A stretch of DNA of 64,000 nucleotides from Myxococcota bacterium (GTDB lineage Bacteria; Myxococcota_A; UBA796; UBA2385), in the NCBI GenBank assembly GCA_044344255.1, contig JBIJDH010000003.1, positions 416,001-480,000 of the forward strand, read 5' to 3'. Positions within the stretch are counted from its first letter, which is position 1. Each line of letters opens with the position of its first letter. The position numbers and the translations under genes are program-made. The notes beneath the pieces are model-generated. The model ran no database searches. It worked only from the letters and a program-made list of their open reading frames with translations, and was not told the origin of the DNA. This document shows, in pieces, positions 29,596 to 38,829 of this stretch.

Positions 29596-29819
29596 TCCAG
29601 CCTCCCCCATCCGATGGGGGAGGTGGCGCCGCATCGGCGCCGGAGGGGGACTGCTGGCGTTGGTAGCGCGATGACGGAGTCGCCGCGACCTCCCTTCCGG
29701 CAATACGGCGATACGAGTAGTCCTTCATCCCACCCTTGTGGCAACGCGAACAGTCCCCCTCCGGCGCCGGCCGCCCGGGTAGGGAGCGCCACTTCCCCCA
29801 TATGATGGGGGAGGCAGGA
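29596..29819. repeat. REP/MITE-like element: long imperfect inverted repeats, each arm with an internal palindrome
   Basis: Left arm TCCAGCCTCCCCCATCCGATGGGGGAGGTGGCGC...CGGCGCCGGAGGGGGACTGCTGGCGTTG (29596-29662) matches the reverse complement of 29742-29819. Confidence 0.8.
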
Positions 29820-29866
29820 CGCCATTCTGGCACAATGCGGCGCTACTCAAACAACTTCATCTTCTC

Positions 29867-31339
29867 CTATCCCCGACGCGCCTTCTTCGGTCCCAGGCCT
29901 GCACCTTCGGCCTTGATGCGGGCGAGGAGCTTCTCGGCGGGCTCATCGTTGGGGTCCTGGGGGACCAGCTCGCCGCGAAATGCCTTGGCGAGGATGGACT
30001 GGTCGAGCGATGCCAGCCCGTTTGCTTGTGCCGCCGCGTTTGCATGCAGCGAGTCGATGCTGGACAAAGCGCTACGGATCCGTCTGCAGATCTCAATCTG
30101 TTCGTCAGCGGGTGCGAGTACCACCGGTGCCGCACGAAGGTCTCCCAGGTGGAGGTGGAGGAGTCCCGAACCAGTTGCTACCGTTCGGTTTCGGGTCTCG
30201 GGAGCGGAGAGCGCCAACGCCAAATAGTCGCCGCCACCTCGGACAACAGGCTTGATAAGAGCGACGGAGACGAAGATCGAGAAAACGCGATCGGTATCGA
30301 CTACCCGGATGACGCCGAGTGTGCCGTCCTTCGTGATCAGGATGTCCCCCCGTTCCGGATTGGCCCGCTTGAAACACTCCTCATGGTCTGTCGGCGAAAG
30401 GAACTTGGTGGTCTCGAAACTAATCCCGGGGCCTGCCGTGAGATTTCTTACCGTAATGAACGGAACCCCCGACGAGACGTAGTTTGGCGTGTGATGCACC
30501 CCATCAACAAGCTTGAAGGAAAGCTCATCGGTGGTGGCCCAACACCAGCTCCCAGGAAGCTCCGGAAGGTCGCTCTCTACACGAGTGGGCTCGGCATACT
30601 TCTTCTTCGGGTTCGCCTGCTCCCACCGCCTCCGCCGCTCGGCCCGGATGCGGTTGAGGAGCACGGAGGCCGGCTCCACGTCGGGGTGGGCGGCCCGCCA
30701 CTCGGCGGTGAGGTCCCCCCGGAAGGCGGCGGCGAGCACCGACTGCTTGAGCTTGTCGAGGAGGGCGGGCACCTCGTCGAGGACCTCCCGTGCTTTCCGG
30801 CTCCGTGCGCGGAGCTCATCGAGCTTGGCGACGATGCGGAGCTGTTCTTTTTCAGGGGGAACGCGAATGGGTAACTGAGAGAGCTGCGAGAGATTGATGG
30901 AGGCGAGGTTCGTCGATTGCTTTCCATTGGCAGTGAAGTACCGTTGTGCCTCATCCGCGTTCCCGTATTGGGATAGAAATTCTGAGCTGATCGCCGAGTG
31001 AGGCCGGGCTCGGAAGACGTGGTTCTGGTGAATACAAAGAGGGACCTGACCTTCCCAGATCCATCCACGACCCAGCTTGTCCCGGTCCCCACCCTCGTTG
31101 AAGAGTACATCACCCGGAAGAAGGGCGAGCGCGGACACTTCGGCCTCGGTGGCATCAATGCTTCGGAGGTCCGACAGGTCCAGGCGCCCTCTCTGGACAT
31201 TCGCGACTCGGAGATAGGGGACCTGTATGATTTTGTCGGAGGCGTTGCGGAGCTTTCCTTTCGTTAATCCGCCCTTCAGCTCTGCGACTTCTCCCAATGG
31301 CGCCCAGGCCCACCCCGGCGGAAGCTCCCCACCGGTCAC
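29867..31339 (-). CDS. hsdS: Type I restriction-modification specificity subunit
   Basis: Two TRDs starting LPPGWAW and LPGSWCW; PPEKEQLRIV; repeated AFRGDLT/AFRGELV...EPA conserved regions; TRDs look lower in GC. Confidence 0.95.
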   Translation of the reverse strand: MTGGELPPGWAWAPLGEVAELKGGLTKGKLRNASDKIIQVPYLRVANVQRGRLDLSDLRSIDATEAEVSALALLPGDVLFNEGGDRDKLGRGWIWEGQVPLCIHQNHVFRARPHSAISSEFLSQYGNADEAQRYFTANGKQSTNLASINLSQLSQLPIRVPPEKEQLRIVAKLDELRARSRKAREVLDEVPALLDKLKQSVLAAAFRGDLTAEWRAAHPDVEPASVLLNRIRAERRRRWEQANPKKKYAEPTRVESDLPELPGSWCWATTDELSFKLVDGVHHTPNYVSSGVPFITVRNLTAGPGISFETTKFLSPTDHEECFKRANPERGDILITKDGTLGVIRVVDTDRVFSIFVSVALIKPVVRGGGDYLALALSAPETRNRTVATGSGLLHLHLGDLRAAPVVLAPADEQIEICRRIRSALSSIDSLHANAAAQANGLASLDQSILAKAFRGELVPQDPNDEPAEKLLARIKAEGAGLGPKKARRG

Positions 31340-32772
31340 TTTGCCGCCCCGTTGGCGCCCATGCCGAGGGCGGCTTTCAGGGCAGTGATCTCTGACATCG
31401 CCGTCGAGAGGCGTTCAAGGATGGTGTCCGCAAGCTCATCGGGCTCAGGCAGGTCCTCCACCCGGTCTGCGTTCTCATCGCGGAGCCAGGAGATGTCGAG
31501 GTTGTCACCACGCGCCTTGATCTGCTCCCGCGTCCACCGACGAAAACGACCCTCCTCCCCCTCGTCTTTACGAGGCGAGGACCCCCGAGGGTCTGTGCCG
31601 TAGGCAAGGATAAAAGGCGAAAAGTGGGCGGTGGTCAGCGGGGTGCGCTTGCCGAAGGAGGGCATATTCGCCCGAAGATCGTAGACCCAGGTGGCCTTTG
31701 TGTTGCCCTTGTCGGTGGCGCCCCGCGTGAAGAACAGCACGTTTGTCTTCACGCCCTGGGCGTAGAAGATGCCGGTGGGGAGCCGCAGGATGGTGTGCAG
31801 GTCGCACTTCTCCATCAAGTCCCGGCGGATGTCGACGCCGGTGTTCTCCTCGAAGAGCACGTTGTCCGGCAGCACCACCGCGGCCCGGCCGCCGGGCTTC
31901 AGGGCCCGGTAGATGTGCTGGAGGAAGGCGAGCTGCTTGTTGGAGGTGATGTAGGTGAAGTCGGTACGGGTGGGGGTGCCGCCGCCCTTCTTCGTGCCGA
32001 AGGGCGGGTTCGTGAGCACGAGATCGGCCCTCGGCAGCCGCTCGCCGTCGGGGGAGAGCGTGTCGCCGAGCACCACGTCGCAGTCGATGTCGTGGAGCAT
32101 CATGTTCATCAGCGCCAGGCGGTGCGCGTCCTGCACCAGCTCCACGCCGACGAAGGCCTTGCCCTTCTGGAACACCTGCAGCTGCTCGGGCAGGTCGAAG
32201 AGGCCGTGGGTCTGGGCCTTCACGAAGCGGTCGGCGGTGATGAGGAAGCCACCGGTCCCGCTGGCGGGGTCTTGCACGACCTCACCCGCGCGCGGCTGGG
32301 TGACCCGAACCATCGTCTCGATGAGCGGGCGCGGCGTGAAGTATTGGCCCGCGCCTGACTTCTTCTCGGCCGCGTTCTTCTCCAGCAAGCCCTCGTAAAG
32401 GTCGCCGAGCTGCTCTCGCTCGATGGAGTACCAGTCGAGCTCATGGATGCTCTTGACCAGGGTGCCCAGGTTCTTCGGCTGCTTGATCACCGTGTTGGCG
32501 TTGGCGAAGATGGCCTTCACCCGGGTCGATCCGTGGGAGCCGAGGTGAACGAGGAGCGCCCGGTAGAAGTTGAGCTGCGCGATGCCCTCCCGGCCCTCGA
32601 TGTCGGCCCAGCGATAGCCCTCGGGGATCTGGCTCTCGGTCCCGGTCTCCGCCGTCATCTTGAGGAAGAGGAGGTAGGTCAGCTCTGTGACGTACTGGTG
32701 GTAGGTCACTCCGTCGTCGCGGAGGACGTTGCAGAGGTTCCAGAGCTTGCTGACGATGTCGTTGGTGTTCAC
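31336..32772 (-). CDS. hsdM: Type I restriction-modification N6-adenine methyltransferase
   Basis: KLWNLCNVLRDDG, GQYFTPR, DPASGTGGF, NPPF. Confidence 0.97.
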   Translation of the reverse strand: MNTNDIVSKLWNLCNVLRDDGVTYHQYVTELTYLLFLKMTAETGTESQIPEGYRWADIEGREGIAQLNFYRALLVHLGSHGSTRVKAIFANANTVIKQPKNLGTLVKSIHELDWYSIEREQLGDLYEGLLEKNAAEKKSGAGQYFTPRPLIETMVRVTQPRAGEVVQDPASGTGGFLITADRFVKAQTHGLFDLPEQLQVFQKGKAFVGVELVQDAHRLALMNMMLHDIDCDVVLGDTLSPDGERLPRADLVLTNPPFGTKKGGGTPTRTDFTYITSNKQLAFLQHIYRALKPGGRAAVVLPDNVLFEENTGVDIRRDLMEKCDLHTILRLPTGIFYAQGVKTNVLFFTRGATDKGNTKATWVYDLRANMPSFGKRTPLTTAHFSPFILAYGTDPRGSSPRKDEGEEGRFRRWTREQIKARGDNLDISWLRDENADRVEDLPEPDELADTILERLSTAMSEITALKAALGMGANGAAK

Positions 32773-32805
32773 GGACTTCCTTCGGGATCGGTCTGGAGGA
32801 TCTTC

Positions 32806-35800
32806 TCAGCTCGCCTCGGCCCACACCGCTTCGTGGAGCTCGCCCAGCACCTCATCGAGCTTGCCGTCGAAGACCCGGTCGAGCCGCTGGTAACCGCCGT
32901 GGGACTTGAAGGCCCCGCTGTCCAGCGCCTCCCGGTCCACCACGAGCTCGATCCGGAGCTGCGCCCCGATGCGCTCCAGCCACTCCCGTTGTGGGCGGGA
33001 CCATGGGCGGGAGCCGAGGATGCGCGCGAGCGCCCGGTCTACCCGCTGGCCATAGGGGACGAGGGCGTCGCCCAGCGCCTGCTGGCGAATGAAGCCGATG
33101 ATCGAGGCCGCCACTTCGCGGTTGGTCTTCTTCGCCCAGGCCGTGCTGAGCGCCTTCTCCCCGTAGCCGGCGGCGTCGAGGGCGAGCTTCAGGTCGCGGA
33201 GCTGCTTGCGGGTGAGCTCTCGGGGGCGGGTCATCACGACGGTCAACGCGGGCAGGTCATTGCCGTGGGCGGCGAGGAAGGCCTTGAAGCCTTCGAGGTA
33301 GTCCTCGGGGGACTTGCCCTCGAAGTCCTGCTCGATGTCGAAGGCCTTGTCCTCTTGCTCCGAGATGAGCACCCAGCGGTCGCGGAAGACCTTCTCGTCC
33401 AACCAGGCAGGCAGCCCGGGCCGCTCGGTGAACCAGCGCGCGGCTTCTGCGGGGGTCGCGGATTTCAGCTTCTCCAGCACTTCGGCGGGGGAGGCACCGG
33501 CGAAGTGGGTGAAGGCGTCGAGCCGCGCGCCCTCGATCGTTCCCTTCTTGCGTTGGAGCCTGGCGATGAGCTGCTCCAGCACGAGCTTTCGACCCTCTTC
33601 CGTCGGGGCGGTTCCGAGCTCTTCCACCAGCCTGGCGAACGGAAAGCGGGGGTTCTCCACCACCGGCTTCATGTCGGTGAAGTCCTGCAGCGCGGCGAAC
33701 AGACCGACGGCGTCGTAGATGCGAAAGGCCTCCTTGCGGATCTCGGGGCAAAGGCGTGTCGCCCGCCCCCGCATCTGGTCGAAGAGGATGCGGGAATTCA
33801 CTCGGCGCAGGAAGATGAGGTTCACGATCTTCGGGATGTCGATGCCCGTGGTGAGCAGGTCGACTGTGACGGCGATGTTCGGGCTCCGTTCGTTTCGGTA
33901 CTCGCGGATCACCTGCAGGGGCCGGTCCACACTCGCGGTGATCTTGCGGACGAGGTCTTCGGTGAAGCTGTCGGGGAGGCGCTCGCGGTAGGCCTCGCGG
34001 AGCAGCTTCACAACGGTGTCGGCGTGGGCGTTGTCCACGGCGAAGATGAGGGTCTTTCCGGGCGAGAACGGGTCGATCTCCTCGACCAGCTTCGCGACGA
34101 CCGCCCGGTTCCACCCCTCCGTGATGACCTTCTTGTTGAACTCCTCGACCTCGAAGGTCACTGCGTCGGGCACGCGGAACAGTGCCAACTGCTGGGTGCG
34201 GGTGTTGTAGGCGGGGGTCTGCGAGTCGGCCGTAAAGGTGATGCCGTCGCGGGAGAGGCGAGTCTCGATGCGGTAGGGCGGCTCGTGGTCTACGAGGAAG
34301 CCGTCCACGACGGCTTCCCGGTAGGAGTATACATAGACGGGGTCGCCGAAGATCTGGACGGTGTGAAGCGCCGGAGTGGCGGTGAGGCCGACCTTGATCG
34401 CGTCGAAGTGGTCGAGCACGCGTCGGTACTTGCTGATGTAGTCCTCCTCCGATCGGAACCCGAGCTCGATCTCCGACATCTCCCGGTCGAGGTGGTAGCC
34501 CCGGTGGCTCTCGTCCACGACGATGCAGTCGTAGGTGTCCACGGGGAGGGCGTGCTCACCGGCCTCGGCGGCGAGCAAACGGCGCACCATCCCCTGTACG
34601 GTCGAAAAGTGCAGCTTCGTCTCGGCGTCGGGCTCCACATCGCCGAGCTTCTTCACGTTGTAGATCTCGGAGAAGCTCTGAAAGCCCTCCAGCTTCGCGT
34701 CCTCGAAGGCCTCCGCGGCCTGCTCTCCGAGGCTGGTGCGGTCCACCAGGAAGAGCACCCGGCGGAAGCGGCTGGTCTTGATGAGCCGGTAGACGAGGCC
34801 GATGCAGGTGCGGGTCTTGCCGGTCCCCGTCGCCATCGCGACGAGCATCTCCCGGTCACCCTGCTCGATGGCCGCCTCCACCGCCCGGATGGCCTTGATC
34901 TGGTAATCCCGCAACCCGAGATAGTCCGTGGGCTCGGCCTTGAGGGCCGCCTCGGCATCGTCCACCTGGATCTTGAGGGCCTCCACGAGCCCGTCGGGGG
35001 TCTTCCATCCGACGAGCGGCAGGGACGGGTTCTGGGGCCGTCGAGTGTCGCGGAACCAGACCCCCGAGCGGGTACGGAGCTGCTGTAGGAAGGGGCGGCC
35101 GTTTGTGGCGAAGATGAAGGGGACGCGGTCCTCGTCCCAGGGGCTTTCGGGGTGGAGGGCGTCGGCCTCGACCTTCACTCCCCGAGAGTACCGTCGGGCC
35201 TGGTCGAGAGTGGACATCACATCGACGGACCGCTTCTTGGCCTCCACGATCCCCACCAGGGTAGGTCCGACAAAGAGTGCGTAGTCGGCGGGACCCGACG
35301 TGGTGGGCCACTCCGCGATGGCGAGATTTCGGCCCTTGACCGGTCGGGCGCCCCGGGCATATCGAAGCGCCTGCGAGTCCGCCTCCCATCCGGCTTCTCG
35401 GAGCTGGGTGTCAATGAGGCCGCGCGTCGCGGCCTCGTCCAGGTCGACGGAAGCGGCGGCTACCTGCGCGGCCTGGACGACGGCTGCAGCGGCCTCGGGC
35501 GGCGCGGCGGCGGCGGCGGCTTGGACGGCCGCGAGCTTTGCCTCGAAGGAGGCGGTCTCCGTGGCGAGGCGGGTCGAGACCTCCTCGGCCAGGGCCATCG
35601 CGGCTTCAACATCGGCGTAGGCGGCGATCGCCTTGGCCTCGGCCTCCGCCCGGAGTCGGGCCTGCTCGGTCGCCGTGGCGTGGACCTCGGCGAGGCGGGT
35701 GACCTCCGCGCGGAGCCGCTCCAGCTCATCCAGAACCGTAGTGTCTACGGCACCCGGATCGGGAGGAGGAACAAAAGGGCCAGCCTTGAACAACGCACTC

Positions 35801-36201
35801 TTGAAGGACTTGTGGAACCAGACCGCCAGCTCTCGGGCGAGGCGGAGGAGCTTGAGCGCGTCCCCGTGGGTGAACGCTCGGGCTGGTCGGTCGGGGGTCC
35901 CCGCGTGGACGGCCTCGTTTCCGGCCTCTCGGAGCGCGCGGAACATGGCTCCGATCTGCCCGTCGATGACACCGCGGTCTCGCAGCCGGCCAAGCAGGAG
36001 CCCGAGCTCCTCCCGCTCAGCGACGTACACGGCCGAGTAGGCGGCGGCGTGTTTGGCGAGGGCTTCGGCGAGGGTGCGGAGGGTCGAGATGCACAGCCGC
36101 GGATGCTCGCGGAACAGGCCCTCTGCCTCGGCTGCATACTCGACCAGGATGGCGTCGTGGGCAGCCAGGAAGGCGAAGTTGACGGACGGTGCTGGGTTCA
36201 T
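32806..36201 (-). CDS. hsdR: Type I restriction endonuclease subunit R (EcoKI-like)
   Basis: Nuclease motif PADYALF...EAK; MATGTGKT; DESHR; GLTATP; LLTTGID; QMRGRATR. Confidence 0.96.
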   Translation of the reverse strand: MNPAPSVNFAFLAAHDAILVEYAAEAEGLFREHPRLCISTLRTLAEALAKHAAAYSAVYVAEREELGLLLGRLRDRGVIDGQIGAMFRALREAGNEAVHAGTPDRPARAFTHGDALKLLRLARELAVWFHKSFKSALFKAGPFVPPPDPGAVDTTVLDELERLRAEVTRLAEVHATATEQARLRAEAEAKAIAAYADVEAAMALAEEVSTRLATETASFEAKLAAVQAAAAAAPPEAAAAVVQAAQVAAASVDLDEAATRGLIDTQLREAGWEADSQALRYARGARPVKGRNLAIAEWPTTSGPADYALFVGPTLVGIVEAKKRSVDVMSTLDQARRYSRGVKVEADALHPESPWDEDRVPFIFATNGRPFLQQLRTRSGVWFRDTRRPQNPSLPLVGWKTPDGLVEALKIQVDDAEAALKAEPTDYLGLRDYQIKAIRAVEAAIEQGDREMLVAMATGTGKTRTCIGLVYRLIKTSRFRRVLFLVDRTSLGEQAAEAFEDAKLEGFQSFSEIYNVKKLGDVEPDAETKLHFSTVQGMVRRLLAAEAGEHALPVDTYDCIVVDESHRGYHLDREMSEIELGFRSEEDYISKYRRVLDHFDAIKVGLTATPALHTVQIFGDPVYVYSYREAVVDGFLVDHEPPYRIETRLSRDGITFTADSQTPAYNTRTQQLALFRVPDAVTFEVEEFNKKVITEGWNRAVVAKLVEEIDPFSPGKTLIFAVDNAHADTVVKLLREAYRERLPDSFTEDLVRKITASVDRPLQVIREYRNERSPNIAVTVDLLTTGIDIPKIVNLIFLRRVNSRILFDQMRGRATRLCPEIRKEAFRIYDAVGLFAALQDFTDMKPVVENPRFPFARLVEELGTAPTEEGRKLVLEQLIARLQRKKGTIEGARLDAFTHFAGASPAEVLEKLKSATPAEAARWFTERPGLPAWLDEKVFRDRWVLISEQEDKAFDIEQDFEGKSPEDYLEGFKAFLAAHGNDLPALTVVMTRPRELTRKQLRDLKLALDAAGYGEKALSTAWAKKTNREVAASIIGFIRQQALGDALVPYGQRVDRALARILGSRPWSRPQREWLERIGAQLRIELVVDREALDSGAFKSHGGYQRLDRVFDGKLDEVLGELHEAVWAEAS

Positions 36202-36553
36202 GACAGGCCCAAGCCCGCGGCTGCGAAACGGTGAGGACGGGAGGGTATCGGAGAGTTGGGCGACATGGCGAACCTGCGGTCGGGCGCGACGGTCGCCGCG
36301 ATGCACGACGGTAGTGCGTCGAGGGCACGAATACAATGAGCGGAGGAGCCGGAGGCGCAGTGAGCTTGCCCTGAATTGACAGACTCATCCTTGTCCCGTC
36401 GTCGTCGATCGCGATCCGGAGTGCCGCACCGGGGCGGCATGTGCCGGTCCATCGCCCACCGGCTGACCCTAGGCTCCACTGCGGTGATCAACCGGTCAGC
36501 GCCGACTAGATTTCTCAATGAGCATCTATAAAAGGCTGTAATCCGCGTTCTCT

Positions 36554-36583
36554 TGTCAGAAGATGCTGGCGTAATATCCTACA
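36554..36583. promoter_or_regulatory. Degenerate inverted repeat upstream of the DUF6088 gene, possible autoregulatory operator
   Basis: TGTCAGAAGAT...ATATCCTACA (imperfect) directly before the GGAGGAGG RBS. Confidence 0.35.
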
Positions 36584-36598
36584 GGAGGAGGTGGTGCC

Positions 36599-37195
36599 GT
36601 GGGGGTCGCCGACGACATGCTTCACCGGGTTCGCGGCAAGGGCCGAGGCTTCGTGTTCACTGTGCGTGACTTCGATGACCTGGGAACCCGTGCGGCTCTC
36701 GATCAGGCGCTCGCCCGCCTCACCCATGCGGGCACGATCCGTCGCCTGGACCGCGGTGTCTACGACTTCCCTCGCATTCACCCTGTAGTCGGCCCGATGT
36801 GGCCCTCGACGGACGCCGTCGCTCAAGCGGTGGCACGGCGAACCGGGTGTCACCTGAAGGGCTCCGGGCCATTGGCCGCGAACCTGCTTGGCTTGACCAC
36901 CCAGGTCCCCGCGCAGACGACCTACCTGACCGACGGGCCCTCCCGCAGCGTTCACGTCGGGAAGCTCGTCGTGGACATCCGGCACGCAGGTCGGGTGGAC
37001 ATGCTCTTGTCCGATACCCTCGCGGGGCTTGTGATCACCGCGTTGCGCTACCTGGGCCGGGACGCGGTCGACGCGGGCACGTTGAAGCGGCTGTCCGGCA
37101 CGCTCGACTCGAAGAACAAGAGAAAGCTCCGTTCGGTGAAACCGCAGCTCCCCGCTTGGCTCGCGGCAGCGGTCGACCAGATCGCGGCGGCCTGA
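36599..37195 (+). CDS. DUF6088-family (AbiEi-like) putative antitoxin
   Basis: FTVRDF.DLGTRAALDQALARL, IRRLDRGVY, AANLLGLTTQVPA, YLTDGPSR. Confidence 0.85.
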   Translation: MGVADDMLHRVRGKGRGFVFTVRDFDDLGTRAALDQALARLTHAGTIRRLDRGVYDFPRIHPVVGPMWPSTDAVAQAVARRTGCHLKGSGPLAANLLGLTTQVPAQTTYLTDGPSRSVHVGKLVVDIRHAGRVDMLLSDTLAGLVITALRYLGRDAVDAGTLKRLSGTLDSKNKRKLRSVKPQLPAWLAAAVDQIAAA

Positions 37196-37197
37196 CC

Positions 37198-37287
37198 ATG
37201 GCCGACCTCTTTGGCGACGCGGATGAACGCACGGTCCTGGTGGACGACGTGGCTGCCCGGATGGGTGCCGCGTCCCGGTCCAGGTAG
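37198..37287 (+). pseudogene. Truncated N-terminus of the DUF6088 partner gene (probably AbiEii-like toxin)
   Basis: ATG 2 bp after the DUF6088 stop; MADLFGDADERTVLVDDVAARMG then a stop after 29 codons; sits where the cognate toxin normally lies. Confidence 0.55.
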
Positions 37288-37461
37288 AAGTCGAGGTTGC
37301 GCTCCAGGTCCGCGAGGCGGGCGGCGAGCACGGCGCGCCCCACGGAGGAGCTGGCAGAGGGTGTAGGTGGTGGACACGGCGGCTCCAGAGCTGCCGGATG
37401 GGTCTGGTCACTCGCGAGGGGCTATGCCCCGCGCTTCTCCACTTTCATCGAAGGGTTATGG

Positions 37462-38574
37462 TCAGCCCGTGCTGGACGCGCAGACCGTGGCGACCGCGTT
37501 CCGGCCGCCTCGCTTGGCCAGATACAGGCCCTCATCGGCTAGGCGCATCATGCCGTCCACACCATCGGTGTCCGGCGCGCGGGCGGCCACGCCCACGCTG
37601 ACGCTCCCCTTCCATTGCCCCGCGCCGGTGGGGACCACCATCGCGGCGACCTTCTGGCGCACGGTCTCTGCCAGTTGGAGGGCGCCCGCGAGCGACGTGT
37701 GGGGGCAGATGATCAGGAATTCGTCGCCGCCCAGGCGACAGACATAGTCGTCTGTGCGCACTGCGCCGCGCAGGCAGCGAGAGAGCGCTCGCAAGACGTC
37801 GTCGCCAGCGTCGTGGCCGAAGGTGTCGTTCACCGTCTTGAACCCATCGGCGTCGATCATCATGCACGACAGCCCGCGGACGGACAGCGCTCGCCACTCC
37901 TCGTCGAAGCAGCGGAGGGCCTTCCGCCGGTTCGGGAGGCCGGTGAGCGCGTCGGTCATCGCCATGTCCTCGAGGCGCTGGTTGGCCACGAGCAGCTCGT
38001 GGGTGCGCTCCGCGACGCGGGCCTCCAGGTTCCGGTTGAGCTGGTACAGCTCCCGGTCTCGCTCGGAGACCTGTCGGAACAGCCCGTCGAGCGCCGTCAG
38101 CAGTGACGCTGTGGCGGGATCGCGCTGGGTCGCGACGGTACGCCACGCAGACTCCGCGGACTCGCCAGCGGCGATCGCGGCGACTTGCCGGGCCATGCCA
38201 TGGTCAGAGCCGAGGATGTGGTAGGCCAGCCAGTGGGAGAGGAACTGCAGCAGGAAGCTCGACGGGTCCTTCGTGGCCTTGTCCGCCCGCATCCGGAGCA
38301 CCTCGTCCAGGAAGCCCTGGTGTTCCCGATGATGCTGCTGGACGTAGCGCGGATCTACGCCGGCGAGCCCCATGATCGCCTCCTCCTCTCGGAAGTGCTG
38401 CTCCGCGTACACCTTTAGCTCCTCGAACACCGCGGAGACCTCCTCTTCGGTGGCCTCCGTACCGCGGGTGAGCACCTCTCCGAAACGGTTGATGACCTCG
38501 ACGAGGTGGCGATGTTGCCGGTCTACCTCGGGGATGCCCGTGACGTACACGTCATTCCAGATGAAGGCGTCCAC
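37462..38574 (-). CDS. Hemerythrin-domain diguanylate cyclase
   Basis: W..VYVTGIPEVDRQH, HFREEE, HHREH, WLAYHILGSD; TDALTGLPNRR; GGDEF. Confidence 0.93.
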   Translation of the reverse strand: MDAFIWNDVYVTGIPEVDRQHRHLVEVINRFGEVLTRGTEATEEEVSAVFEELKVYAEQHFREEEAIMGLAGVDPRYVQQHHREHQGFLDEVLRMRADKATKDPSSFLLQFLSHWLAYHILGSDHGMARQVAAIAAGESAESAWRTVATQRDPATASLLTALDGLFRQVSERDRELYQLNRNLEARVAERTHELLVANQRLEDMAMTDALTGLPNRRKALRCFDEEWRALSVRGLSCMMIDADGFKTVNDTFGHDAGDDVLRALSRCLRGAVRTDDYVCRLGGDEFLIICPHTSLAGALQLAETVRQKVAAMVVPTGAGQWKGSVSVGVAARAPDTDGVDGMMRLADEGLYLAKRGGRNAVATVCASSTG

Positions 38575-38829
38575 GGCGGTCGGTCCTGGGTGCTCGGGTT
38601 TCGGTCGTGGGGGGCTCGCCCTCCCGGGCGACTCGGGGGGGCCAGTGTGGACTCCTAACCCTCGGCGCCTCTGACTCCTCCGAAAGTTCTGCCGATCCCG
38701 TCCCTGCGACCCGGGCCGGCGGGCCCAAGCCGCGGAGATCCGCGCCGGATGCGGGTCTCCCGCGCCGGCACGGGGCCTCGTCTTTGTCGGTCCGCTCTCT
38801 GTGTCCGGCAGTTTGTGGTGCAAGCTCAG

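Noticed and set aside
29455..29860. CRISPR array or tRNA in the island intergenic region
   Set aside because: Repeats are inverted rather than regularly spaced direct repeats; no cloverleaf and no cas genes
32443..35088. 881-aa plus-strand ORF opposite hsdR/hsdM
   Set aside because: Antisense shadow frame with no independent evidence
36202..37460. Direct repeat (att site) of the ychF 3' end at the far island border
   Set aside because: No copy found by eye; a short att could have been missed
38640..38700. c-di-GMP-I riboswitch upstream of the diguanylate cyclase
   Set aside because: Only a vague GGCAGA...GGCGCC resemblance; the GNRA loop and GACGCAAA core are not matched
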